DNA of 64,000 nt from Barthelona sp. PCE (lineage: Eukaryota), in NCBI GenBank assembly GCA_040285745.1, contig JAUFOR010000006.1, forward strand, positions 248,001 to 312,000. The letters are read 5' to 3'. Each line of letters begins with the position of its first letter. Position 1 is the first letter of the stretch. The notes below the pieces were generated by a model. That model searched no databases. It worked only from the letters and a program-made list of their open reading frames with translations, and was not told the DNA's origin. This document shows positions 51,157-61,221 of the stretch, piece by piece. A program made the translations under genes and the position numbers.

Positions 51157-51571
51157 ATATAAAAAAACAAACAGCTTGTTCCGATTTGACTTTTTGTACT
51201 TGTTACATTAATTTAATAAACTTTTCTTCATTCTCCAGTGATTAGAACCACACAATTAAACAGTGAGTACATATGCACACGTTCTATTCTGTCAAAATCA
51301 TTACTATTGTTATTGGGGTCATATCTATAAATTACTCAACGCTTTACTTTTATGATCACGGTGGGATAAGGCTCGACTTAAAACTTATTCAAGCGTTATG
51401 AATCATTGAATTCTGAATATTAGCCACAATACAAATATCTCAAGTTGCAATAGATTTCAAACGGAATAATGTACGCACAGCAGTGGGCAAATCAAGAGTA
51501 AGTTCGGTTGATGACATGTGGCTTAAAAAACAATAATTTTAAGCTTGTTATTTTCTTTTGTAGACCTTTCC

Positions 51572-52852
51572 ATGGATTCTGATTTAAAAATCATCTTCAC
51601 GGACTTTAAACATCTGTTGCAGCGTGTAGACTCCGTTGATAGCTCTACAAGTACTGCAAAGGAGACAAAAACTTTGATGTCCTTCAGACAGTTGATCAGA
51701 ACAGAAACAGACTTCATTGAGATGATAGACACGTTGAATACGGGCGTCTTGGGCTCTTGCATTGTTGGATTACTCAAAGCAGTTGTTGCTTTTGATCTAG
51801 ATAGACTTGAAGAGGCCAAAACACTTATGTTTTCCGTTGAAAACAGGGTTCTCGAAAACTCTAGGGACTTGAAGTTCCATTTGATTGTCTCCAAGTATGC
51901 GTATTACCGCTTTTTAATTTTTGGTACAGAAGCATATAATTTTCTGTTAGATATGAACAGAACAGCTATTGTAGGTCACGATGAACTCACACAGATGGTT
52001 ACTATCAACTGCATTTTTAATATTTTAATCCAACAAGGTCAATACAAGAAATTTAAAAACACACACTCTAATTTTAAACCTGTTTTGGGTAAATTTTTGA
52101 ATCAAGATGCTCGTTATTTTTATTATACAGCACTGTTATCGATATCATTGACGAAGTATCGTGATGCAGCAATACAATTAAATGGAGCTTTGCGTAAAAC
52201 TAATAATAGGCAATTGATAATGAAAGCTACTAAATTATTAGTAGTTTTGAAGTTACTTTTGGGTGATAGTGACAAGTCCTTGTTCAGAGATGCTAAGGCT
52301 GAATTATATCCGTATTATATGTTGGATCAAGCAGTTGCTTCAGGTGATTTGATAAATTTTAATGCATGTTTAAGTGAATTTGAACATTTGTTTGAGGCTG
52401 ATAACACATTGAAGATCATACTTTCGTTGAAAAGTGCAGTAGTAAGAATTGGTGTTGCAAATATGGCAAAAGCATATTCAAAAATTAGTTTGGAAGGTTG
52501 TGCACGATTACTTGGTCTCGATAGTGTGGAAGAGGTGTTATCTGTCGTCTCTAAACTGATTAGCAATAATGAAATCGATGCCAAGATGGTTTTAGTCCAA
52601 CAAGGTGTTTTTCTTAGTTTTGGTGATGAACGTTCCATTCCAATTCAACAGACCATCGAAACATTTAACGCTAAGATGCGCGAGGTCATTAATCTAAGGA
52701 ATGAATGTATTAAGAGTATTAGGTATACAGATCGAGTTTCAGTGGATGAGGATGAGATTAAAAGGATGGATGAACAAAGGAAGCTTGATCTTGAGTCACA
52801 GCACATGGCGGCACAGGCAGAGGACCACTCTGAACCTCATCATAACATGTAG
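51572..52852 (+). CDS. RPN3: 26S proteasome lid subunit Rpn3/PSMD3
   Basis: 'RTA...HDE..Q...IN', 'NQDARYFYY', PCI region 'L.PYY.L.QAV..GD', 'AYSKISL', 'F..K......L.NE..KSIRY'. ATG at 51572. Confidence 0.85.
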   Translation: MDSDLKIIFTDFKHLLQRVDSVDSSTSTAKETKTLMSFRQLIRTETDFIEMIDTLNTGVLGSCIVGLLKAVVAFDLDRLEEAKTLMFSVENRVLENSRDLKFHLIVSKYAYYRFLIFGTEAYNFLLDMNRTAIVGHDELTQMVTINCIFNILIQQGQYKKFKNTHSNFKPVLGKFLNQDARYFYYTALLSISLTKYRDAAIQLNGALRKTNNRQLIMKATKLLVVLKLLLGDSDKSLFRDAKAELYPYYMLDQAVASGDLINFNACLSEFEHLFEADNTLKIILSLKSAVVRIGVANMAKAYSKISLEGCARLLGLDSVEEVLSVVSKLISNNEIDAKMVLVQQGVFLSFGDERSIPIQQTIETFNAKMREVINLRNECIKSIRYTDRVSVDEDEIKRMDEQRKLDLESQHMAAQAEDHSEPHHNM

Positions 52853-52920
52853 ACGTTAGTAAATCGTGTTTTATATTTTTTTTCTCTTTTTGGGTTTGCT
52901 TATCGCATAATTTTTGCACA

Positions 52921-53475
52921 ATGGATATGACCGAGGAAGTTGACTACTATGCACATGAACCAATTAGTAGGCCAAAGCTTGTGACACTGCTTAATACCTT
53001 TATTGTTGAGACAAGTGCTTTTGTGAACAGATTTGCTGATAGCTGCGAGTCAAGCCTTCAGGACATGTCCGTAAGGATTACAAATTTGTCCAATGAACTG
53101 GGTATTCTCGAGAGTAAGTTGGAATCCGTGAAAGATATTCAGGCATCACAACCTAAACCTGTCCAACAGGCACAGACAGCTCCAGCACAGCCACAGGCAG
53201 CAGGATCTATTCCACCACCATCAGGAACTGACCCGGTGCCTGCCCCTGTTGAGCCTGAGATTGATCCAGCTGTAGCAGCAGCTGAACAGGCACGTCTAGA
53301 GGAAGAGGCACGTCAGGCAGCTGAGGAAGAAGCTTTAATGGAAGAGTTTGGCAGTTTTATTCGTCCTTTACAGCTCAGGGTACCACCACAGGCAGTACGG
53401 GCACAGATGGAGGGTCTTGGTTTCCCCCCAGAGACTGTGGACAAGGTTATAGCTGTGGGAACTCGTGGTTTGTAA
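52921..53475 (+). CDS. WASHC3: WASH complex subunit CCDC53/WASHC3
   Basis: 'PI...K....LNTFIV.T..FVNRFA..CE..L......I..L...L.ILESKLES', a Pro-rich linker, and a C-terminal 'VPPQAVR..M...G'. Confidence 0.85.
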   Translation: MDMTEEVDYYAHEPISRPKLVTLLNTFIVETSAFVNRFADSCESSLQDMSVRITNLSNELGILESKLESVKDIQASQPKPVQQAQTAPAQPQAAGSIPPPSGTDPVPAPVEPEIDPAVAAAEQARLEEEARQAAEEEALMEEFGSFIRPLQLRVPPQAVRAQMEGLGFPPETVDKVIAVGTRGL

Positions 53476-53614
53476 GGGTTTGTTGTATCGACTTAGTAAA
53501 TGACACATGTGGATTTATTCTTGTTTGATTACGTGTAGAAGATTTTGTCTGTTAACTACAAAAGCTACCATTGATATATTTTTTTCTCACCTATTTCAAA
53601 AATTTTTTCGATGA

Positions 53615-54265
53615 ATGGATGAGATAGAGGGATATAAACCAGTTTCGCACCCACTTTATGTTGCATACACAACTATTGAGCGATTGAAATTTTTTTTTGA
53701 TGAGTTTATCAACCGAAGTGATTTGCTAGATTTGGGCCACGTTTTACCACCACGTATTGTACTGAACCCGAGAGTTAATGTTACAAATGCACCAATCTGG
53801 TCATTTTCATTAAGTGAATCGCAGTTTAGTTTTTTAAGAACAGTACGAGGGATGGAGAAATTGTTGAACCAATATGATGACCAGGTGTTAAGGTTCCAAG
53901 AACTTAAGTCAAAGGTAGAGGCAAGCAAAGTACAAAGAAGCACAGATATGAAGAAACTAAGAAATTTTCCTCGTTATATAGAAGTTATGGAAGAAGTTAT
54001 AGGTTTTTTTGCTGTCCAATGTTACTTCTTTTATGATTTCTGTTCTATGTCAATATTTAATGGAGACGAATTTGGAGAAATTAATGATTTCCTATTTAAA
54101 GCAATTGGTTTTGTTGGTACAAAATTAGATCGAAATAAGATTATCGAATTGGAAAGATTTGCTGGAATATTTTATCCTCGTATAGCACGTATATATAGGA
54201 AAAGTTTTAATAGTTTTTTACAACAAGAACCGAACATATTTGAAAAATTTTTTTTAATAGAATAA
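53615..54265 (+). CDS. Hypothetical protein
   Basis: 216-aa ORF filling the gap between genes, no motif recognised. Confidence 0.6.
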   Translation: MDEIEGYKPVSHPLYVAYTTIERLKFFFDEFINRSDLLDLGHVLPPRIVLNPRVNVTNAPIWSFSLSESQFSFLRTVRGMEKLLNQYDDQVLRFQELKSKVEASKVQRSTDMKKLRNFPRYIEVMEEVIGFFAVQCYFFYDFCSMSIFNGDEFGEINDFLFKAIGFVGTKLDRNKIIELERFAGIFYPRIARIYRKSFNSFLQQEPNIFEKFFLIE

Positions 54266-54384
54266 ATTTTTATGATAAATTTATGGATCATCACTTTAAA
54301 AACAGTATACAGGTCAAGTTATTACGAAATTAAAGATTTGATCCAAAAATAGGCTCACTTTACACAATACTACCCTTTTCTTTA

Positions 54385-56139
54385 ATGCCTGAACCGGAGG
54401 TTGAAGCTGAGGTTACAGCTGAGGTTCTTGAAGATGCTTTCTACTTTGAGGACATTGAACCCGAACAGAAAAGTGAGGATTCTGATCAATACCACGAAGA
54501 TGACTACTACGAGGATGAAGATGATTATGAAGCTGGGAGTGGTGGTGCTGGCAGTGGAAATGCACTGAAAATTGAGTCTACAGTGTCACAAGAGCTTGAA
54601 CGACAATTTGGGGCTCGTTTAAACGTATCTGCACTTGGCAGAGGAGCTAAAAAGCGCAAAGACAAGGCTCAGAGGGCAACAGTCGACAATGTACTTGATC
54701 AACGTACTCGTTTAATGATTTACAAGATGATGCAACGTGGGTTGTTTGACAGATTAGATGGTTGTGTTTCCACAGGTAAGGAGGCTAATGTCTACCGTGG
54801 CGTGAGTCCATCCCGTGGAGATGTTGCATTGAAGGTATATAAGACTTCGATTCTAGAATTTAAGGATCGTGATCAGTACGTTACAGGTGAATTTCGTTTT
54901 AGACAAGGTTATTCAAAGGGAAACCCTCGTCAAATGGTTGCGTTATGGGCAGAGAAAGAATACCGTAATCTATCACGTTTGCAAAATGGATATATTCCAT
55001 CTCCTAGACCATTATTCGTACAAAAACATGTTTTGGGTATTGAATTTCTTGGTGAAGAGAGTATGGCAGCTCCACGTTTAAAAGATGTTGATTTTGTATC
55101 TATTACAAAGTCTGTACTTCCACAAGATCATACGCAAAAAGATTTGCAAAAAGCATTGAAAAAGTTAATTAGAAGACTTTATATTGATCTCTTGATGTGT
55201 GTCCGAGCTATGTGGTTTTCTTGTCATTTAGTTCATGCGGATCTTAGTGAATTTAACATTCTATTTCACAATTCACAATTATACATCATTGATGTTTCTC
55301 AATCTGTTGAGCATGAACATCCCAACGCGTTTGAGTTTCTCAGAAAAGATATTCATAACGTAAATGCATTTTTTAGATCAAAATTGAGTTTCCCTGTCCT
55401 CAGTGATATCGATACTTTTTTCTTTATTACCTTGAGTCACGCTGACCTCATTTCACTTGTTTTGCCAAGTAAGGTAACTGATGTACCTTCTGAAACTGAG
55501 GAACCACAAGATTCCGCAGCTATTAATAATAAGAGTGCACGTTTCTTACTTAAGAAGATGCTCAAGCAACGTCAGAAGGACATAAAATCAGGGAACATAG
55601 AGACAGAGATGGAAGAGGAGATTTGGAGACAGGTTTATATTCCTTTCTCTCTTTGGGAATTGGATGCTCAAGATGAATTTAATGGTGGTTCTAACAGTAT
55701 TCAACCTTTACATGTGCTCCAGGAGGATTGGTTCAACACAGTTGTTGAGTCAATGAAGTTACACACATTAGAACCAGATGCTGAAGAAGTAGCTAGGATT
55801 CGTCGTTTGGAACGTAGAAGAGTCACAAAGCTCAATAGAGAGAACACAGATGAGTCTATGCGTGAGCTGAAGCGCCAGAAAAAGGAGGAGAGAAGGCTCA
55901 AGCGTTCTGAAAAGGAAGAGACTGATCGAACGAATCGTTTGGACATTAAGAATCAAATTGGTGAGAATACAACTGCTCCGGACTGGGACGATAAAAATCT
56001 AAGTAATGCTGATAAGAAAAGATTACGTAAAGAGCATAAAAAAAAAATTAAGGCATTACAAAAGCAAAGGCGTCAAAATAAGGCATGTTCTAAGAAGGAG
56101 AAGCAACAAAAACTCAAAAATAGCAGGAGAACAAAGTAA
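54385..56139 (+). CDS. RIO1: RIO1 atypical Ser/Thr kinase
   Basis: 'GCVSTGKEANVY', 'KVYKTSILEFKDRDQYVTGEFRFR', 'WAEKE.RNL', 'LVHADLSEFN', 'IIDVSQSVEHEHP', and a Lys-rich tail. Confidence 0.96.
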   Translation: MPEPEVEAEVTAEVLEDAFYFEDIEPEQKSEDSDQYHEDDYYEDEDDYEAGSGGAGSGNALKIESTVSQELERQFGARLNVSALGRGAKKRKDKAQRATVDNVLDQRTRLMIYKMMQRGLFDRLDGCVSTGKEANVYRGVSPSRGDVALKVYKTSILEFKDRDQYVTGEFRFRQGYSKGNPRQMVALWAEKEYRNLSRLQNGYIPSPRPLFVQKHVLGIEFLGEESMAAPRLKDVDFVSITKSVLPQDHTQKDLQKALKKLIRRLYIDLLMCVRAMWFSCHLVHADLSEFNILFHNSQLYIIDVSQSVEHEHPNAFEFLRKDIHNVNAFFRSKLSFPVLSDIDTFFFITLSHADLISLVLPSKVTDVPSETEEPQDSAAINNKSARFLLKKMLKQRQKDIKSGNIETEMEEEIWRQVYIPFSLWELDAQDEFNGGSNSIQPLHVLQEDWFNTVVESMKLHTLEPDAEEVARIRRLERRRVTKLNRENTDESMRELKRQKKEERRLKRSEKEETDRTNRLDIKNQIGENTTAPDWDDKNLSNADKKRLRKEHKKKIKALQKQRRQNKACSKKEKQQKLKNSRRTK

Positions 56140-56319
56140 AATCAATGATTTTTGAAGTAATTGATGAGTCAGCCCATTGATTTCTCAATGTTGTTTTGTT
56201 TTTATCAAGATTCAATTGCATCCATGTGTGCAGCATGGCAGACAAGCCGCAGTAATGATATGTATATATTCATTACTCACATTTTCATTGCATTCTGTTT
56301 TTTGTTATCTTTCTCAAGA

Positions 56320-57797
56320 ATGAAACTCGCTGTATTACTTTTAAGCGTGTTACTTGTTGCTCAAGCTAGAAATTTCGCTGTTCTGTATGATCTATGAAGG
56401 TTGTTTTGATTCACAATTGTTATGTTGAAATTCTTTATTATTCATGTGCACCATGTGACACGGTCTACTGCTGTGGTGTGGAAATGAGGGATATTTTTTT
56501 GGTCTGCAGGTTTCTGTGATTTTCACCACAAATTTTTTGCTGCCATTCAACATTTTTTTAAGAACCAAAACACCAAGTTTAACTGTATCTAACATTTAGC
56601 ATTGCTGGTTCAAAGGGATGGAACAACTACCGTCATCAAAGTGATGTTATGGCTCACTACCAACTCCTTAAGGCCCGTGGCTATAAGAAGGAGGACATGA
56701 TCGTCTTTGCTTACGATGATATCGCATACAACTCCTACAACCCTAAGAGAGGTAAGATCTTTAACAGAGCTGACCTCAGAACCAACGTCTACGATGCTTC
56801 TGCTATTGATTATCGTGGCGCTGATGCCAACCCCAAGATCATCCTTGATGTTATTGCTGGTCGTTCAGTTAGTGTTGGTTCTCGTCGTACTGTACCCGCT
56901 GGTGTTGATAAGCTTTACATTTACTATAACAATCACGGTTACACTGACTTGATCGCTGCTCCCGCCTCTTATCAGGGCAAGGAGTATATTTACTCATGGG
57001 ATTTCGATGCTGCAATCAAGAAGGCTCCTGCCAAGACCGTTTTCGGTAACATCGAGGCTTGTTACAGTGGTTCTATGTTCTACAAGACCATTTCCAACAA
57101 GACTGGTAGCTACGCTTTCACCACTGCCGCTAACGTTGCTGAGTCTTCCTACGCCGCCGTTTGGTCTTCCACTCTTCGCGCCTACCTTTCCAACGAGTAC
57201 TCCAAGAACCTCATGGACTTCATTGGTGGTTCTTCTACTCTTAACTTTAAGCTCGTCGACATGTACAAGGCTGTTAAGGATAAGACTGAGGGTTCACACG
57301 TTTCCAAATACGGTCCTTCCTCCATCTTCAACCTGAAGGGTCTTGACATCTTCAAGCCTAAGAGAGCCAATTCTGAATTCCAGGTTATTCCTTCTGAGCC
57401 CATTAAGGCTGGTGATCGCGTTAAGGTTACTGAGCTTCGTCAGAACACCATGCAACGTGCTTTACTCGAATCCCAGGTTGAGAACGATCTCGTTCAAACC
57501 AAGATTCTTGAATCTCAAATGAAGGCCGATAAGGCTTACACCACTTATCTTGATTCCGCAATTGAGGCTATTGCTAACATGGCTCTCCCCCTTAACAAGG
57601 TTGGTGATATCCACAAGGATGTCCAGGAGATGCCCGTAACTAAGCGTGCTGTCTTTGAGGCTACCTTGGATAAGTTCACTGCCAAGTGCGGTTCTCTTGT
57701 TGAGCATGGTTGGGGCAGAATTGAAAAGCTTCACAATGTTGCTCGTATTGGTAACGTTGAGGATATTGTTAAGGCAATTGAGTATGTCTGCCAATAG
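56320..57797 (+). CDS. Legumain-like cysteine peptidase (C13); join(56320..56384,56600..57797)
   Basis: The spliced N-terminus gives a signal peptide plus 'FAVLIAGSKGWNNYRHQSDV'. Catalytic His 'NNHG' and Cys 'EACYSG'; C-terminal prodomain. Confidence 0.93.
56385..56599 (+). other. Spliceosomal intron (215 nt) in the legumain gene
   Basis: GTATGA...ATCTAAC-ATTTAG. Phase 2; removal restores the conserved AVL-IAGS motif. Contains nested inverted repeats. Confidence 0.93.
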
Positions 57798-57935
57798 TTG
57801 CATTTATGTTCTCATAGTAAAATATTTTTTAGATATCATGTGTAAATATATATTCACAATACAAATAATGTTAATATTATTAATTTCGATTGAGAAAACT
57901 GTTTTTTCATTTTTCACCGTTTCTCAGTGGTTCAC

Positions 57936-59237
57936 ATGGATTTTCCCTACGAGAACATCCCGGTATCACCGTCACCATCTCTTGTCGTTAAAGACAACGA
58001 TCTATCATCAGCACAATCGATATTAGCATACATTTTTGAGTGTTTTAATATTTTAGAGGTTGATTGGACTGATAAGATCACCGAAGCTGATGTCATAGCC
58101 CTCGAGAACATGAAGGAATTCAATGAAGACAACATTAGATCGGGCTTACCATTGCTTTACAAATGTATTCAAACATTGACAAGCACAGAAGAGCTGAAAT
58201 ACATCAGCGCCATTCTCTTATACTGCATTTTGCACGGTATTGAGGTTGAAAGATTTAACTACAAGTCATTATGTGAATATTGTAACCATAGTGAGTTTTT
58301 AAAGGCTTGTTACTGGATATTCTCTTCGTTTTTTGACACACCGGAGTATGTCCTGGAAGATATGATGGAATTATTGAGCAGAAAAGAAAAGGAAGAGGAA
58401 GTCTCCAGTTTGCTGTTCAATGCCATTTCATATAGTCTTTATTTTTCCAGTTACAGTGATGAAGTGTTCGATTCTGTGCACGAACTTACAGATTACAGAT
58501 TGCTACCTATAATTTTAAAGCAACTTATGATGACTCATAGCACACAGAATACTTATCTTTTAATGGTTATACTGTGGAATTCATTGAGAGTATACGATCG
58601 GGAGCAGCTAGTTGCTACCTTGAATGAATTTGTTCCATTTTTGATTGATTATTGCCTTAAAAAGAAGGAAAAAATTATTAGAATAAGTCTTTTGATATTG
58701 AATCAAATCAAATCATTTGATGATTTGGTTGATATTATTATTCATTTAGACATTGAAAATGTTTTAAGCCAACTAAAAGAACGTAGTTTTAAAGATAAAG
58801 ATATTGTTGTTATGGTTCAAGATTTGTTAGAGTTTTTCACAACATATAAGTTGAATTTAACTAACTGGGAGTTGTATAAGAAAGAAATCTATACGAAAAA
58901 CATTAAAATGAGTTTTATTCATGAAAGTAATTTCTTTTGGAAAGAATATAATGAATATTTCATCACAAATAACTTTGAAATCCTCAATTTGATCATTGGA
59001 TATCTTAATGATGTTGATTTTGCATTGAAAAAAAAGAAGATTTTGATTGAAGATTTGATTAAATTTAGTTCCTTCAATCAGTTTGGTAAAACACTTCTCA
59101 TAAAGAAAGGAGTGAAGCAAACATTGTTGGCTATTTATGAAAATAGTGAAACTATTGATCAAAATGAATTTAAGCAAATTTTGCAAAACACTATTCTTCA
59201 TTTAATGCAACTTTTAATGTTGAATGGACGTATGTAA
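57936..59237 (+). CDS. V-type ATPase subunit H (divergent)
   Basis: 'KKEKIIRISL', 'F.DKDIV', 'LTNWELYKKEI....IKMS.IHESNFFWKE' follow the V-ATPase H pattern. ATG at 57936. Confidence 0.8.
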   Translation: MDFPYENIPVSPSPSLVVKDNDLSSAQSILAYIFECFNILEVDWTDKITEADVIALENMKEFNEDNIRSGLPLLYKCIQTLTSTEELKYISAILLYCILHGIEVERFNYKSLCEYCNHSEFLKACYWIFSSFFDTPEYVLEDMMELLSRKEKEEEVSSLLFNAISYSLYFSSYSDEVFDSVHELTDYRLLPIILKQLMMTHSTQNTYLLMVILWNSLRVYDREQLVATLNEFVPFLIDYCLKKKEKIIRISLLILNQIKSFDDLVDIIIHLDIENVLSQLKERSFKDKDIVVMVQDLLEFFTTYKLNLTNWELYKKEIYTKNIKMSFIHESNFFWKEYNEYFITNNFEILNLIIGYLNDVDFALKKKKILIEDLIKFSSFNQFGKTLLIKKGVKQTLLAIYENSETIDQNEFKQILQNTILHLMQLLMLNGRM

Positions 59238-59263
59238 TGTATTTGCATAGAGCTATTAGCTAT

Positions 59264-60580
59264 TTACATGGTAATAAACGTAGAAAAAAATCTTAAAATT
59301 TTTTTTTTGTGATCTAGATCAATTTGGCATAGGCAAAAAACAAATTTAATCAATTTTAATATATTTTTAATTATATTGTTAAATTCTGATGATGACATTG
59401 ACTCACACTGGTCCATAACACTAATTACAAATGAATCATAATCAACAGTATCTTTTAAAATCGTTGTTTCACAAACAGCAAAAAAAGTTTCGCATAAATC
59501 TATTAAAAAAACTCCAAAAAAACCATAATTCCGCACAAATGTTATTAGATCAATCATTGAACGCTCTAGGTTTCTACTACGAGGTACAGGACGTGTAGGT
59601 CTTTGACTAGTACGTTTTAAAGGAGATGTCAGCTCAAAAGTACTAGCTGGCAATTTCATATCGTTAAGTAACACAGAATTTCTCTTTTCAAACTCCTTTA
59701 ACAGTGTAGAATGATCAATTTCTAAGGATTTGAACAAATTGCGATCTATAAAGTAACTATAATACCAAACAAAAAGGCTTAACTTATCATTTTCAGTACT
59801 TTTTAATGTCAATTGTGTTAATAATCTTTCATAAAGACCAAACATTCCCATTTCAAAGTCAATTTTTTTCTTTTCTCCCTCTAACTTCTCTATTTGCGCT
59901 ATTAATACATCCTGGGTTGCTTTAAGGTTATCCATCTCAAGTTTAAGCTCTGTAGATACACTGTTTCTCTTTTTAATAGGTGAAGTTTTTATGGGTGAGG
60001 TGTAGACAGTAGATTGACTTAGTTTTGATGGTGTGTTATGAAATAAATTCTTTTTGATATCATCTTTTTCAATTATATTGGATTCATCAAGAGTTACAGT
60101 TGCTTCTAAACACGATGAATTAGAATCATCTTCTATTAATGGAGAATTGCTTAAAAATGAAACCATACTGTTGCCTTCCGGTTGCTTTCCCCAAAAAAGA
60201 GATTTTTGCCTCCTGGTAGGACTTGTATTGATGATAGCTTCTTCTTTCGGTGATTCAATTTCTGCTACAGCAATTTCGGGACCGATCTGTTGTGGTTCAC
60301 CGAAAACTTCATCAAGATTGTTCAGTATGGTGAATTTTTCTATTTTTAAACCAAAATTTGTTGAAATAAACTTGTGAATGCGAAAAATATTTCCCGGATT
60401 CGCATCAAAGCCCAAATCGACCAAGCAGTCGCACTTCCACCACGAATCGGAGACGCTGAGCAGAAGTAAATCATCGTTATAAGGTTGCTTTGATAATAAC
60501 TGAACGTTAATCTCGTTCAACTCTGTTTTACCCGAAAATAGTCGCTTAAGCGAGCCCGGGTCCGTTATTGCTATGTTCAT
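59264..60580 (-). CDS. Protein with N-terminal RPA70N/TPP1-like OB fold, Ser/Thr-rich linker and helical C-terminus
   Basis: 'PGSLKRLF.......VQLL.......LLLSVSDS', 'IFRIHKF', 'VFGEPQ' parallel the RPA70 N-terminal OB fold. The rest does not resemble RPA1. Confidence 0.45.
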   Translation of the reverse strand: MNIAITDPGSLKRLFSGKTELNEINVQLLSKQPYNDDLLLLSVSDSWWKCDCLVDLGFDANPGNIFRIHKFISTNFGLKIEKFTILNNLDEVFGEPQQIGPEIAVAEIESPKEEAIINTSPTRRQKSLFWGKQPEGNSMVSFLSNSPLIEDDSNSSCLEATVTLDESNIIEKDDIKKNLFHNTPSKLSQSTVYTSPIKTSPIKKRNSVSTELKLEMDNLKATQDVLIAQIEKLEGEKKKIDFEMGMFGLYERLLTQLTLKSTENDKLSLFVWYYSYFIDRNLFKSLEIDHSTLLKEFEKRNSVLLNDMKLPASTFELTSPLKRTSQRPTRPVPRSRNLERSMIDLITFVRNYGFFGVFLIDLCETFFAVCETTILKDTVDYDSFVISVMDQCESMSSSEFNNIIKNILKLIKFVFCLCQIDLDHKKKILRFFSTFITM

Positions 60581-60639
60581 TGCATGCGAAAAGGGTACTT
60601 AACTTTAATGCATTTGTTTTCCACTCTTTACTGCTCTTC

Positions 60640-61206
60640 ATGTCATTCAAAACAATTTTCTTCTTTGTTATTGGGGCATTAGTCTGCGCCAACGCAGCTT
60701 ACATGACCATGTATCATTCAACTCACTCACTCAGTGATATTAATCCGTTAAAAGTGATTGAATCATTCAGAGAACTTCATGAAACATCCACAACCCGCAT
60801 ACTCCGATACAAAACCCCCACCATACCTGAATTTGCTCGTGATTTGGAGTTAGCTACAACTCAACTCGTACCCCAAACAAAATATCCTTTTGATGTTTTG
60901 ACAGATACAGTGTCCTTTAATAACATTGAGACCGACTCTTCTCAACACGTGTATTGTGAAATTGATGGTTCAGAGAAAGAAATTCATGATACTATCAACC
61001 GACTGATAGCAGATTCAACTCCATTTCTCTTAATTTTTGATGTCAATGTCAACAGTGAAGCAGGGTTATTATTTAATTCTAATTTATTGTTCATTTTTGT
61101 ATTAATTATTGCATCTTTCTATGCAATTTTTAAAGTTATTAAAGCAATTTCTAATATTCAAGTAACAACACAAATAACAACAAAACCTAAGCATCATCTT
61201 GATTAA
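60640..61206 (+). CDS. Signal peptide + C-terminal TM protein, possibly V-ATPase accessory Ac45/Voa1-like
   Basis: ATG at 60640. The TM 'LFNSNLLFIFVLIIASFYAIFKVIKAISNIQV' resembles the Ac45/Voa1 TM segment; the tail ends KPKHHLD. Confidence 0.4.
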   Translation: MSFKTIFFFVIGALVCANAAYMTMYHSTHSLSDINPLKVIESFRELHETSTTRILRYKTPTIPEFARDLELATTQLVPQTKYPFDVLTDTVSFNNIETDSSQHVYCEIDGSEKEIHDTINRLIADSTPFLLIFDVNVNSEAGLLFNSNLLFIFVLIIASFYAIFKVIKAISNIQVTTQITTKPKHHLD

Positions 61207-61221
61207 AATTATTTAACAGAT

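Noticed and set aside
22168-51368. Shared 15-mer GATCACGGTG(A/G)GATA at 22168 and 51354
   Set aside because: A single 14/15 match is about what chance gives across this much sequence, and no third copy was seen.
51498-51563. Possible GTAAGT...TTGTAG intron before the RPN3 ATG
   Set aside because: It lacks the CTNAY branch motif at the fixed distance and is not needed for the reading frame.
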